Positions 13,201 through 26,954 of a stretch of DNA of 64,000 nucleotides are shown here, piece after piece. This DNA comes from Bilabrum cf. latius. Lineage: Eukaryota. The notes below the pieces were generated by a model, which worked only from the letters and a program-made list of their open reading frames with translations, ran no database searches and had not been told where the DNA came from. The position numbers and the translations under genes were made by a program. The first letter of the stretch is position 1. Every line of letters begins with the position of its first letter. Where the stretch lies: NCBI GenBank assembly GCA_965178125.1, contig OZ237735.1, positions 2,418,001 through 2,482,000 of the forward strand. The letters are read 5' to 3'.

Positions 13201-16200
13201 GGCGGCAGGTCGGCTGGACTTGGAGGCCTCGAAGTGTATCGAAGCGTGGAGAATCGAGCGGGACGCAAGAACCCGAACCGGGTAGGCATTGCCCCGCTGG
13301 CACCGACGCGGTACCCGCTGGATGTCACTGCGGGCGAAAATGACGAAAACGCCATGTACAGCGCCGAGGTATCTGCGGTATCTCCGACCGGTGCGAATCG
13401 AAACAGCACGGAGAGATTCATCCCGACTCTCGGGCGCTGGTACCTGATCGAAGCCATTCAATTGCAGAAGCGGAGGCCCGGAAACAACTAGCCGGGGGTT
13501 GACGGCGGTATTTAGGTCAACGTATTCGATGCAAGGAAGTTGACGGAGTCAGGCAAAGACGGCAGGGTGCTGGCTTTGGCTGGGCACGCTGCCGCGAACG
13601 AGTCTGGTTTGCTCCTGTCGGCAATCGTCACTGATGACGGCACATCCGCCGCTGGAGCACCGCTATTGAGTGGTGTTCCCGGCCTACTCATCGAAGGCAG
13701 AGCCGAAGCAGCCCGGTTTGAGGTCACGCACCCGTGCACAGGCGGAACGAGCTGCTCCGGGACCCACGACAAGGGATTCTGCCGCATGGGCTGCCGTGCT
13801 GGCTTCTCGCTGCAGGGGGAAGCCACGTCGCGCTGCTGGCAAGGTTCCTTTTTGACCGAGGAGCCCATGTGCGTCGTGCAGCCCCCTGCCGCAGAATCGA
13901 ACGCAACAAGGAGCGTACCTGAGGGCGCCACGCGAGGTACCGAGGTGGGAGCAGCTGTGACCGCCACGGTCGAGTCGTCGCTGATCGAGATCCAGTACAG
14001 TCTGCAGGACAGCATCGATGGACTATTCGATATCGGTGGCTGCACTGGGTAGATCATCGTACTTAAGTCCAACGTGATCGATTTCGAGAGGCAGCAAAGT
14101 TACGTGCTCAAGGTTGACGCGGTGCCTAACGGGTTTACCGCAAGCAAGACGACGATCACCGTGCAGGTGAACGTGGAAGATCTGAACGACCCCCCTGCAT
14201 TTCAAGGCGACGACGGCGTCGGCGCTGCTGCGTTCCGACGGCTCCCGGAAAATGCCACGGCGGGAGCGCCCGTGGGTGCACCCTTGAACGTGAGTGACCC
14301 CGAGGGGGAGCAGCTGTCGTTCAGGCTACTCGTCGGTGGAGGCTCGTCGGGTCCCTTCGGGATCAACAACGCGACGGGTCAGATCTTCGTCGATCGGGCA
14401 GATCCTGCCCTGTTGAACTTTGAGAGCGATTCTTCTCAGCTGCAGCAGCTGCTGGTCGCCGTCAGCGACGCGCGGTCGCCCGAGGTATCCGTGTCTCGAA
14501 TCGTACGAGTCGAGCTCATCGACTCTCCGGACCCTCCAAGGTTCACGGAGGCCGTGACAGACGACGGTAAAGTGCGCCGACTGATCACCGCGGACACTGC
14601 CGTGACGGACGCAGTCATTGGCGACCAAATCGCCGCGGTCGACGAGGACGTGGAGCGTATGCGCAGCTTGGACCCGAACGGCACCGTTCCATTAGCGGAG
14701 GAAGTTAGGTATGAGATTCGTCCCGCGGGCGGATCCAGCAGCGCACCAACCTAGATCCGCCTCAACAGCAGCACCGTCGCGCTGCTGCAGATGGCGCAAG
14801 ACGTGAGCGGGGACTACGGCGGAGTCACTCCAACCGATGTGGATGGCATTGCGGTATTTGACACATTCGAATTCACACTGGTGGCTATCGACAGCGGGGG
14901 GCTGGAATCTTCCGTCGAGGTGGAGGTGCTCATCACGCGAGATGCCACGCAGTAGACCTCGGACCCTGTCATCACTGGGATCTCTGTGCTTGACTCTGGT
15001 GGTGGCAGTGCAGTGAGCAAGGATCAGCTGCGGCCCGCTGGAGCTCGCGAGGTGCTCCAGTTTACAGGTGAGGCGTTCCCTTCATCAGGAAGCGCTACGG
15101 TGAACCTGACGCTTCGCGCCGGAGGACTTACCCCCGCCCAGTTGGAGCTCATGCTGGGAGGCTCCGCAACTGGTGTGCCGGCCGATTAGGTAGTGGTGCA
15201 GTTTACGAGCCGAAATTGCTCCGTTACTTCCAGCAGCGTCGAGTGCGCGGTACCTCCTGGCACTGGCGCTGGCCTCGAGGTGTCTCTCTCTGTCGACGGC
15301 AGCGGTCCTCTTGCCATGGCAGTTCCAGAAGAGGGGGATGGCGGAACCTCCGGAATCGCAAATGGTTTCATCGTGTCGTACCAGGCCCCGGTGCTGGTCT
15401 CCATCGCGCCGGGGGATGCCAGCGGTAACATGACAGCGGCTGTTCTGGGCCAGCCCGGCGCCGACGGCCCGCCGGGTGCCGCTGGAACACAAGGCCTGTC
15501 AACGAGAGGGGGCGAGCTGCTAACGGTTACTTTGCTAGGAGGAGGTCCAGCAAGCGCAGCAGCAGTGGATGCCAGTGGGCTTTACGACTCTGTTCCCTCG
15601 AGCGGTTCCATCGCCTGGATGAGGGCGGGCATCGGCTCTGGCCAGTCGTGGACGCAGCAGGGCGGCGGCGAGGCCGGGGGGCTGAACCCCTCCACGGGAC
15701 TTGAGCTTGCAAGAGACCTCAAGATAGAGAAGGTTTTGGATGGAACCGCCGTGGCATAGAGCGTGCAGGGCATGGGCGTGCAACTGGTCGATTTTGACGT
15801 GGCCGGCATGGGCATGTAGGTGCTGGTGGTCCGCACCCCGCAAGGGGTCGGCTCGTCTCTGCCACTGCACATTGAAGCCGCTGGACAGCCAGTCGGAGAT
15901 CGTTCTGGAGGTGCAGGCGCCGGCACTGGCCGGAGCGTCAGTTATCGCCCGCCGCTCCTTGTGCGCGTGGCAGCGCCAAGCGCTGGGGTGCCAGGCGCTG
16001 CATCCAGCACAGCTTCACTGAGGACCCATGGCGGCGAGGTCATTCTGCTCGAAGGCAGGAACTTTGGCCCACCCTTGTCGAGCGGTGGCGCGTCCCCTCT
16101 TCACTTGCGATTTGGCAGCCCTGCCCGATCTGGGGCGCGTGCATCCGCCTCCAGCGACACTGATGGCCTGGCGCTAAGGCCAGCCGACCCACTTGACATA

Positions 16201-19200
16201 GATTCCGCGTTCCTGGCTTACCAAGCCGTCCGCTGCGCCCCGGTGAGTGCCGCTCAAGCGCATGAGCAGGTTTTGTGCGAAGTTCCACCAGGTATTGGCG
16301 TGGATCTGGAGCTTGAGGTGTCGGTGGGTGGACAGCGAGCGGCCTTGGCTCTGTCAGCTCAGGCTGTGCCGGCACCATCCAGAGGTGGTACCCTGGCTGG
16401 CGCTCCTGCTGTCAGTGCAGCGAACGGACACCCTGCTGACGTCTCAATTAGCTTTGCCTAGCCGGAACTGCTGAGTGTGTCTGGTCCTGGTGCCATCGGC
16501 GGAAGGACGGAAGGAGGAGACACTGTCCTTCTAAGAGGTCTGCACTTCCCTCCAGCTGACGACCGGCACCGCGCCATGGCGACTCAACTGGCGCAAGGCT
16601 CTGCACAGAACGCTTCGGCATTCCTTGGTGGATCCTACGGCGGAATCGTTACTGCTGCGACGCCAGGCCGTTTCTTGCTTGGCAACTGCGTGCCCGAAAG
16701 CCTGCAGGACGCATCGACGGGACGCGATGAAGGGGTCGTGCGCTGCTCTACGTCCGAGGGTTTCGGGGCTGGGCATGCTAGCAGGATCGTGGTCGGTGGG
16801 CAAGCTTCAGACGCGCTTGAGCCTTCCATCTCTGGCCAAAGCGAAGCCGGTCGGAGCATCAGCTACGGGCCGCCTGTTATCGTGTCTTTCTCCGGACCAG
16901 GTGCCAGAACGTCTGACACGCGCGGTGGCTCCGAGGTCATCGTGTCTGCTGTGAATTTGGGCAACTCCATCGCGGAGATTGCGGCCTCGTACGACGCCGA
17001 GCTTTCAGAGGTGACTGCATCGGACGGAAGCATGATCGGAGGCACGCTGGTGAACGGAAGCATCATCCGGCTTGAGCCCCAAAGCTGCGTGCTAACTGTT
17101 CCTCACAAGCAACTCACGTGTCTCACGGCCGAAGGTGCAGGTAGCGGGTTTGCGTGGCATGTTGTAGTTGCCGGCTAGGCGTCAACAAGCCCGCGGACTG
17201 CGTACAGCTCGCCCACGCTCACATCTGTCGAGCTGATTCCAGCCGGGTCTGGGAGCTCGGTGCCAGCGACCGGGGTACCAAGCGAGGGCGGAGCCACTGT
17301 GATCCTGACTGGTGATTCGTTCGGACCACCAACTTCCTCTGGGCAATCCCTTCTGCAATGGGTTCGATTCGAAGGACCTGGTGGGGTGCTGCGGGACGTT
17401 CAAGACTTCACCGTTGTATCTCACGACAGAATTGAGGCGGTGCTACCTGCCGGCTTGGGTTCCAACTTGCCACTGGTCGTCTCTGTCGCAGACCAGCGAA
17501 GCGCGCTTGGTGGGAGCACCGGGTCCTCTGTGTTCTCCTACGCAACACCTACAGTCGCCTCCGTGTCGCCATCCACTGCAGACACGACCGGGCTTGATGC
17601 TGCCGCAACGGCTGCAGAAAACCGACCACTCGCAGTGAGCATTCAGGGCAACCACTTCGGCGTGCAGGGGTCTGTGGCGCAGCTGTACGTCGCCGTCGGC
17701 GGGAGCATGCCCAGTGGCTCGACTGCAGCGAGTGCGTCTGATCTGCTGCTGCCTGGGGTCCGCCTCCGCCCCGCAGTCTCCGCGAGAGTGGTCTCGCCTC
17801 GCAGCGGATCCAACCCCGCGGTGCAAGAGGTGACAATGCAGCTGCCTCCGGGTGTAGGTGCGAGCGTCCCAATGAGGATCGTGGCCATTCGCTCCACCGC
17901 GCCCTCACTGGCGCTGACCAGCTTCGGCGATGCGGTGCTCTCTGGTGACGACCTGCAGAACGTTCTCGCGGTATCAGACCCCGTCAATGATGGGGCCGCA
18001 TCTTCCTCGTTTGCGTACAACTCGCCATCCGTCGAAGGCGTGCTGGTGACACAGGCATCTCCAGCTGAAGTACAGACGGCCCGCCAAAACGGAGCGATCC
18101 CAGTGGGGGTGCTTCCTGAACAGGTTCGCATAATTACCATCATCGGTCGCAGCTTCGGCTCCAGCCCCGAAGGTGGTGCCGCCGCAGCGAACAGCACGGA
18201 GGTCTGGCAAGAGCCGCAGGGTGCTGTCGGTCGCGCGCTTCTTCTGTTTGACTATGATGCTGCGGATGTCAGCACAGCCACGCCTCTCGTTGTGGCCGCT
18301 GCGTCCCGTCTGACTGGTGACGATACGACGCGAGGAGGAGCTAGCACATCGGATGCCGTGCTGGAGTGGAGCCACGATCGGATTCGGATGGTTACGCTGC
18401 TGGCTCGAGGCAAGCTAGCTGTCAGGACGTCGACGATGAACTCCTTCACCGGATCCGTTGACGCCGCTGTTAGCGATGCTACCACCTTCGAGTCGTTGGC
18501 TCCGCAGGTTGACGGGCTCGTCGGGCCTGGCGGCGACGCGAACTACCGCTTCCCTACTCGGGGCGGGATCAGTGACATCAATGACCTCGCAACTCACCTG
18601 CACATGTCTGTCGACAGGCTGTCAGCCTCAGATTCATCCATCGAGGTGCAAGTGGGAGGCAAGGGGTGCCCAGTGCTCAGCTGCCAGCACGCCACTGGAG
18701 CCACTGTAGGCGACTGCGTGATCGTGCAGCCAAGTGATGTGCCCACTCAGGTCGTTGCTCCGCAGCTCACTGGTGGTAGCGGACCTTCCGTGAGCGACCC
18801 AGTGGACATCGTGTGCGCGATGCCAGCAGGCCAGGGGCGGCAAGTCCCAGTAAACGTGCTGCGAAACGGTGACGGTTCCGTCGGTGTGGGTGGGACGTAG
18901 CCTACCATCTCTTACAGGCCTCCCATAATTTCAGGGGTCGGCGCGGCTCGCGCAAGCGGCGACTCGGTCAGACCGGAAGACATAATCCCCCCGCTCGGTC
19001 TCGTGGTTGGCGCGGGACCGAACGACGTTGGGGCCAGGCTTCGTGTCCCGACGCTGGGCGGCAAGGTGCGTTTTGAAGGCGAGAACCTGGGTGCTTGCCC
19101 CGTCGTGGAGGCAGGGGACGGCCACACGTTCGCCTTTTGCGAGCCCGATGGCAGCGGCGGGGAGCGGCTGAAGAGCACCGGAGGTTTCGCCATCGCTGCT

Positions 19201-22200
19201 GACCATTCATGGGCCGAGTTTGACATGGACGCGGGAGAGGGCGACGGTCTCGGCGCGCTCTACGCACGCAGTCCCGGCGTGCCTGAGATAGTCGGCTTCA
19301 CCATATCTTTGCATCACGGCGCCACTAATGCAGACGAAGCCGCCGGTCCCTACCGCTTCGGATACCGTCAGCCTGTGGTGTCTGGGATCCAGGTGCTGGC
19401 TTCCAGCCCGGTCATGCAGCTGTCGATTCTCGGCGCTGACTTTGGCGCCGCAACCAGGCCCGGCCACCCCCTCCCAGAGGTGGAGCTCGTGCGCTCGGAA
19501 GGCGGCCGAATCGACAGCGCGCAGGACGTGGTTTTAGCCCAGGCTGGCCAGCCGTTGAGCTCCGCGTCTTTTGGTCGAGCCATGGTAGCACCCTGCGCAG
19601 CTTAGATCCGCGACGCGGGCCATTCGTTGATGCTTTGCAATGCCACCGCTGGTGCGGGCGGTGGGTGGCGCGTGCGGGTTCGTCACGCAGGTTCGGTGCT
19701 TTGGAGCGGATCTCCTTCCGGAGTGACGTTCAGCTATCCAGCACCGCAGGTGCAGTCGATCGAGACGATGAGTGCTGCTTCCGTGCAGGACTTTGGTCAA
19801 CTCGGTGCACAATCCGACGGCCGTCGTCCCACAGATGGCAGCAACAGAGTTGTTCGGCTGCAAGGAAGCGGGTTTGGCTACCCTGGACTGGCCGAGCAGC
19901 TCATGGATATCACATCTCCGTCACAGAGTTTTTTGCTGGGTCGCCCTGCGGCCTCGCTGTGCGTGTACTTCGCTTGGACCGGCCGTCCGAGCTCCCCTGC
20001 AACCCTGGCCGATGCTGCAATGTGCGACGGATTAGAGACTTTCTGGGGTGAAGGCGAGCTGGCAGCCACGCGGGTCATCGCATGGACCGACAATCTCATC
20101 CTGCTAGACCAGCCAAGCGGGCTTGGCCACCGAGACATTGTGGTAAGCGTGTTCGGCCAGCTCTCAACAGAGGCAAGGGCACTCGAGCTCCTGGCAGGTG
20201 GTAGCTCGCAGCAGGCTCTGTCCGAAGCGCTGAGCATGCGGTGGAGGTACGACCCACCACTCGTGCGTGACTTGTCTGCAGGCGGACTAGCATTCCTGGA
20301 TCCGAGCGAAGTGCCAACTGACGGAAGTGCCGTCGTCACCCTCGGAGGGGCAGCCAACCTGGGTCCTTCCCCGAGGGACACGCTTGCCAATCCCATTGAT
20401 GCGTTCTCTGGGTTCCCCATGCCAATAACAGATGCTGAAGACCTACCTACTGCTGGTCTTCTGTTGAACATCACGCGCATGTCGGCAGGCGAGCCGCAGG
20501 GCAGCGTGTGCATCACCGGACTGCAAGGGCTCCAGGGAGGGAGGCCCCTGCAGTGGACAGGATGTGCCGCTAGTCCGTACCAGGTGCAGACCAGAGATCA
20601 CTCCGAGCTGACGTTTCGCATGGTTCCGGGAGTGGGCGCCGATCTTCGCGTTCAGGTGCTCGTCGCAGACCGTTCTGGAGCGGTGCTGTGGACGCAGCCA
20701 TTCGAGGAGGCGCTGCTGCTCGCCTACGAGAGCCCCAGCGTAGAGGACACCAGCCCCAGACCTGTCCTGCTCGACGACGACGTGATCCCGGAGGACGCGG
20801 AGGACGCGTTCGCTGACATGAGTGGGCTGCTCGCAGAGTTTGGAGGCGATCTGCAGCCCACTCTTCCTGGCCAGCCGTCGCAATCTATTGCTGCTATGCC
20901 AACCAAGAGGCTCCTGCTTACTGTGGAGAATGCCGGCATGCCACCGGCCCGCGGGTCGAACCGTCGGCTGCAGTTCGGCACTCCCGGAGCCGCCGACGTG
21001 AGCAGCTTTGCGTGGACGCCGGAGTTGCAGCACACCAATGTGAGCATTGGTCAGTACGCCTGCGTTGACCCGAGCAGGATCGAGATTGACGGGACCACCC
21101 AGATCGAGTGCGGCCTCCCGAATGTGCCCGTTGGGAGGCACGTGCTCACCGCCAGAGTGGCAGGCCAGTGGATTTCCATGGATGCAAGTCACCCAAGAGC
21201 CCTGCAAGTCGCGTGCGGCAACGGCTTCCACGGACCTCCTGGCTCCAAGTGCCTGCCTTGCCCGGACGGGGCGACGTGCCGCGGCTACGACGCAGATGTG
21301 AGCGAGTCTGATTTCCCCGGGCTGCAGTCCGCCGACCCAGAAGTCGTGAACAGCTCTCGCAGCTCTCTTGAAGCAGCAAGATATCCGCAGCCCCAGGCAA
21401 TCGATGGGCATCACGTGCTCAACTCCACCGACCAGGTGAGGCTGGCGTGTCCGAACTCCAACCGGATCCCTGGGCGAAACGATCTGTGCGTGGTGGCTTG
21501 CGAGCCTCCATTTGCATGTCTCGCGAACAACCTTTGCGCGGTGGGCTATGCCAGCAGATCTCCAACATGGAGGTGCGCGAGCTGCGCGGATGGCTACTAC
21601 AGGCGGGCTGGTGGTGAGTGCGCCGAGTGCCCCGACAACCCGTGGCTGCTGGTTGCAGCATTCATCGTCGCCATCGTGCTGTTGGCAGGCGTGGCAGCGA
21701 CGCTCCAGTCCAAGAAGATCAACATTGCGTACGTGGCTGTCGGTGTGGACCATGTGCAGGCACTGGCTCTGTTCGCATCAGCCCGCATCAGCTGGCCACC
21801 CATTCTAAGCGACGTGTTCAACTTCTTCAGCGCGTTCAACCTGAATCTGTCCATCACCAGCCCAGAGTGTCTGGCCAGCGGGCTGCAGTACCGCGACAAG
21901 TGGTTCTTCATCCAGACGGCTCCCATTGGCCTGCTACTGCTCCTGTCTCTGTTCTTCGGAATGCAGTACTTATACGTGATATGTGTCAAGGGACAGAGCA
22001 AGGCCAAGGCCATGGAGGTATTCGACAACGTCATTGCCATGATCTTCGTGCTGCTGTATTTCCTGTACCTGAACCTATGCCGGTCTGCTGTGGAGGCTCT
22101 TGCCTGCGTACCGGCACAGCCTCCGGAGTACGACTCGGACGGAAAGGTGGTGACATACTCGATCGTGCAGCCCGGTGAGCGCTGCGATGAGCCTGGGGGA

Positions 22201-23676
22201 GTGCATCGGCAGCTGCTCCCGTTCGCCATCATCAGTATCTTGTTGTACGGCGTTGGGTTCTTCGCTGCGTGTGCCTACATTTTGTGGAGGTACAGGGACA
22301 CGATCATGGAGGATCAGGTGCTTCGGGCGTTCGGCAAGGGAGAGGAGCCGTCCACGAATCCTCACGCTCTCTGGGCGCGCAAGCGGCTGTCCAAGCTGTA
22401 CTTTGCGTACAGACCAGACACGTACTGGTGGATCCTTCCGGTGCTGGTGCGCAAGGTGATGCTGGCTTTTGTGGCACTCGTGTTCGTCTCCAATGTCACG
22501 TTCCAGCTGTGCTGCGTGCTGCTCATCTTCTTTACGTCGTTCACGCTGCAGTCCCGGTGGAAGCCCTACATGTCGCCGTCCGAGATGGACGACGTGCAAC
22601 TTCAGCACGCCATCGCGGCACAAGAGTCCAGCGGCATCCATGCCCGCATCAGCGCCAACCTGCGGCTCGGTCGCGGTGGGCTCGCCCACTCCCGGCGCAG
22701 GCGAAATACCAATCGTCTTGATGCCAGCAATGCGGCTGCCTTGATGTCCTCGGGCGCGGTGGTGGTCGGGTCTCTTCTAGTGAACTACAACACGGTGGAG
22801 CTGACGATGCTGGGAATTGACACGCTCATCTCGATCGCAGGCATCTGCTTCGAGTCGCAGTACCTAGATTCCGGGTACTTCTCGGCGACGCGGGACGCCC
22901 TGACGGTGATCACCATGGGTCTCATTGTGTTCTCGCTTGTGTACTTTGCGGTTGTCGTGCTGATGGACGTGCATTCGATGTGGGAGTCCACGGCGAGCAA
23001 GGCAGACAAGGAGAAGGCTGTGAAGAAAGCCAAGCAGCAGTCTCAGCGCAGGAAGAGCATGCAATCCGCGAAGGCGACCATCGCCGACACTGGCGGGTCG
23101 ACGGAAGGGTCCAACCGCATCGCCGCCATGCTCGAGGGTGGACAGATAGAATCCACCGACTCGGGTGGAGCTGGCGGTCCGGACGGACTGATGAAAGCTC
23201 AGGTCAGCCACAACCCGATGTTCCTTCGGAATGGAGACAAATCGCCCGACGCTACCGGCAAGGACGGCGAGGCATCTGGTAGCTCTCACAAGCCAGATTC
23301 CAGCCTGCGGATGACGGCGCAAGCCATCGAGGACATGGTGCGTGCTCCGGAGGAGGGCCAATGGCACGCCCTGAGGGGATCCTTCCTGGAGCTGTACAAG
23401 CAGCTCGGTCAGGCGCAAGAGCGCAACCGGGAGCTTGAGCGCGGGTCGGCGTCCATCGCCGCCGCAACGCCGAGCAAGTCGTCAATCGCCGCGAGGAAGC
23501 AGCTCCAGGCAGGCCGCCGCCGACGCAGTACCTTCACTCCAAAAGCCTCTGGTGCCATGGGTGGCACCAGCAGGTCGGCGAGTGGCAGGTCATTGCTCGG
23601 CAGATCGGCTGGTCTGGGCTCCATCCGTTCAAAGCTGTCAGCCTCAACCAGGACGAGCAGCGGTGGCGATTCTTGA
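10216..23676 (+). CDS. Giant (~4,430 aa) cell-surface protein: signal peptide, FN3/lectin-like modules, sushi, cadherin repeats, many IPT/TIG repeats, Cys-rich repeats, multi-pass TM region, cytoplasmic tail; exons 10216-10380 and 10549-23676
   Basis: All large frame-1 ORFs from 10486 to 23676 are contiguous across about 17 TAGs and end in TGA. A phase-0 intron (GTAAGA 10381 ... ACTTTTACTTTGCAG 10548) removes two in-frame TAAs. Cadherin motifs: PEGA..G, IDFER, VEDLNDPPAF, DPEG, LNFE. IPT motifs: GGE/GGD-x-x-L-x-G-x-N/H-F. Cys-rich CxxCPDGAxC. Multiple TM helices lie at about 21640-22980. Confidence 0.85.
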
Positions 23677-23828
23677 GGCATGCGCAAATATTTAAACAAA
23701 TGGCTGCACGATTGTAGAAAGAGTATGAAAATTATCTATGTTGATCTGCTGTGTGCTGTGGTAATCGTGACGACGACTCAGTCCAATCCGCACTGGTGGT
23801 GCGCTGATCCGGATTCCGGATGGACCTG

Positions 23829-26747
23829 TCAACCTCTGCCACCCCTGCCTCTCCCCCCTCTCTTGCCTTTGCCCTAGCCCCTCCCCCGGCCTCGACCCCT
23901 TCCGCGGCCACCACCTCCCTTCTGTGGCTTGCCTGCAGCCCCAGCATCGCTCCCTGCATCGTCCGGTTTCGCGCGTCCCGGACCCGGCAGGCTGTGCCCA
24001 GTGCTGGCAAGGTGCACCCTCAGACTCGCTCGAGAATCGACCTCTGTGCCGCAAGCCCTGCACTGCCACTTCTTGCTCCCCTTTGGGTGTCCTGGGGACG
24101 ATGTCATGCCATCATCGAAATCCAGCCGCGCCTTGGCTTTCTAGCCTGTGCGAGCTCTGCCACCTCCAGCACCACGCCCCGGCCCGGCCTCCTCGATACC
24201 TGCCATCGAGTCGTCGAGACCCTTCACAGCAGACGCCGTCTGCGATCTGGCACCCTTCCTGCTACCCTGTCGCGCGCTGCCCCTTGCCTGAAGGAACGGT
24301 GAGGCGGCCTGCTGTGCCACGCTATCGCTCATTGCAGCAGCCATCCGAGCTAGCTTCGAGGCGAGCCTCCCGACCACATCGATGGCATCGGACTCATCTG
24401 CAAGCACATCACCGGCCTGGCGATCAAACTCTAGCACACCAGGGATCCGTGCAGCCGCGGTGCGGGCACCGCCTTCGAGGCCACGAAGCACCTCCGCTGC
24501 AGCACGCAGGGCAGCCGCATCGCTTGCTTGTGACTGCAACCGCGACTTGCCGAAGAGGCCGCCGTCTGCTGCACCACCACCACCACGCGATTGCGGCGGG
24601 GACAGCAGCCCTCCTGAACCTGCACCCAGCGTATCCTCCACGGCAGCTGCGGCGACTTCACCACTCCCGTGGCCAGAAGCCTCTGCCGATCTAGAGCTAC
24701 TGGAGTCGCGCAGGCCAGCAGCACCAGCTGCGGCTGCACACGCCAGTACTGCCTCTGCAGAGTAGGGGCAGCCCTCAGGAGCGTCGCTCGCCGCCCACAC
24801 CGCGGCTTGCTCCGAGAAGACATCATCCAGCTCCGTCCAGCCGACCACTGCGACGTCATGGTCGGGGGCTTGCCTCTTTAGGTTTGCATCGTCGGTGACC
24901 AAGATGACACGGTTGGCGGCGGCCCACCCGTGCTCCCGAACCACGGCTCCGCGGAGATACCTCGCAACAGACAGCAGCAAGATGTCGTTGTGGTCCAGGG
25001 CCGCGCGCACCGACGCCATTTCCTCCAGGACCACCGCTTCTGCTTCTTCGTATGCCAGCTGCACGAGCACCCCGCTCATGGTTGCTTCGTCCATGAGCCC
25101 TGCTTGCGAGAGGAACGCCCCGACGGCTTTCCCGATGGTCTTGTTGCTCTTCTGCCGATCCAGCTCGCTGGCAACAGTGTTGGTGAGCACAAAATGCACC
25201 CGATCGCCCGGACGCATGCTGGTGTCCCACCCGCTGAGTTCGGCCGCTCTGTGCACGAGATCTACGCTAGAGGCGAAGGATAGACGCGGGGTGGGCGGCT
25301 CCCCCGCTCCGTTTGCGGCGGCTTGGCGCGTCCACCTGGACGCCACATCGGCCTGGGCCATCTTGATCACAGCGTTCGTGTCCAACACGAGCAGAAGCGG
25401 TACGTTTACTCCGTCCTGTGCCTCCGGGTCAGCAGCCCCTGCCCCTGACGCCGCAGCTGGCCGTGCGGCCTGGGAGGATGGAGCGTCCTCCGCCTCATAG
25501 CCGTCGCCGCTGCTACCGGTAGTAGCTGCGTCGACTTTGGATTTACCTGGGTCACCGACAGCAGTCGCCACGGCTGCATCCCTAGCAGCAGTCTTGTCCG
25601 AGCTTTGCTTGGCAGCGGCAACAGCGGCGCGGGGGGCACCTGCGCCAATGAACTCCCTGACCGACCTCAGCTATGCGCTTGCGAACGGCAGGCTGATGGC
25701 AGGGACCTCTGCCTCCATCATCCTCCAGTCATAGACGTCCATGGCACTACCCGTGGATCCCCTTGTTCCCTGGCCGAAGCGCTGCCCGGGCCGCCGACCC
25801 GCGGAACCAGCAACAGCTACTCTCCTACCACCAGCGGCAGCTGCAGCCTCGTGCCCCGCCTCTCCACCGTCGTGCCCGGCATCGTCTGAGCGCCACACGG
25901 GCTCCCAATCGGCGTGCCTGCTTCCGGATGCATCAGACCTGCGCACCTCTTCAAGAACAGCGAACTTGAGTTCCCGCGCGTGTGCCCTGAGTGCCTGTGC
26001 GTCGATGCGGTTGTACTCCACTCGGAGCCAGAGGGGCTTGGTCTCAAGGCCCTTACGTCTGTTGGACCCTTGCTTGCTTCCTTTGTGCTTCTTGGTCACG
26101 GGCACCGGGTATGCGCCCGTCTCTGCGGCTGCATCGAGAGCATCCAAGAGCTGGCAGGCGGCCGAGGTTGAGATGCCGTTGTGGGAGAGGTGCAGCTCGT
26201 GAAATGCGGCGCGGCGGCGACCGGGAGCCTGGTCGTGGGACTTCACTGGAACTGGACTCATCCCACCTGGGTCGGCAGCGGACGCATCCGATGCGCCCGG
26301 CTCTGGGAGGGTGTCCTCGCACTCTGCGAAGCTACGCACGAGGTCGCAGAGGGCTGCCACCCCGCCGTCCCCTACCCGATTCGCATGAAGTCGCAGTATT
26401 GTTGGCTGCACGATGTCGCGATATTCAATGAACACATCAACCAACGCCTTGATACCTGCGGCATCTAGGCTTCCGCGGGCCCGTGGTGAGCCGCCGAGCT
26501 CTACGACCACCTGCAACCGTTGCGATACAGGCACATCTGGGTTAAAGCTGGCCTGCAGCTGCTCTCGCAGTTCGCACGCAGCCTCAGTACACTGTTGCGA
26601 CGTTGGTGGAGACTTGGCAGCCCGGACATGGACGACACTGTACTGATCGATCGCGAGATACTTCCCAACTTTTTGGAGCTTGAATCCGCTTGAGCCTCGT
26701 GTTTTGCCCCCCCGCCGAGAATATCCACCTCTATGAGATCCCGACAT
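23829..26747 (-). CDS. LRR(RNI-like) + PIN (SWT1-like) nuclease + C2H2 zinc finger + RGG tail protein
   Basis: ORFs 25671-26840, 24141-25571 and 23874-24107 share one frame via TAGs and end in TGA at 23829. LRR-like LRLHANRVGDGG and LHLSHNGIS; PIN motifs VLDTN, VASELD, NDILL, LVTDDANL; CRAC...HLASTGH; terminal GRGRG repeats. The start codon (26747) is inferred. Confidence 0.75.
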
Positions 26748-26954
26748 GCAATTTACAATGTCTCTGACCTCTGGGGTTGGCTTCTGTGTGCCACCGAAGC
26801 CGTTCCTGGCAAAATTGAAAATGTCTATCTTCATCTTCAATATTGTATGCCCGGTTGCAACCGTCTTCCGGACGCGCTCAGGTCTGCTCTTCTCACCAAT
26901 ACTTCAAGGAGCCAACCAAAATTATCCTTCATGAATGTTTGAGCTGGAGCAAAC

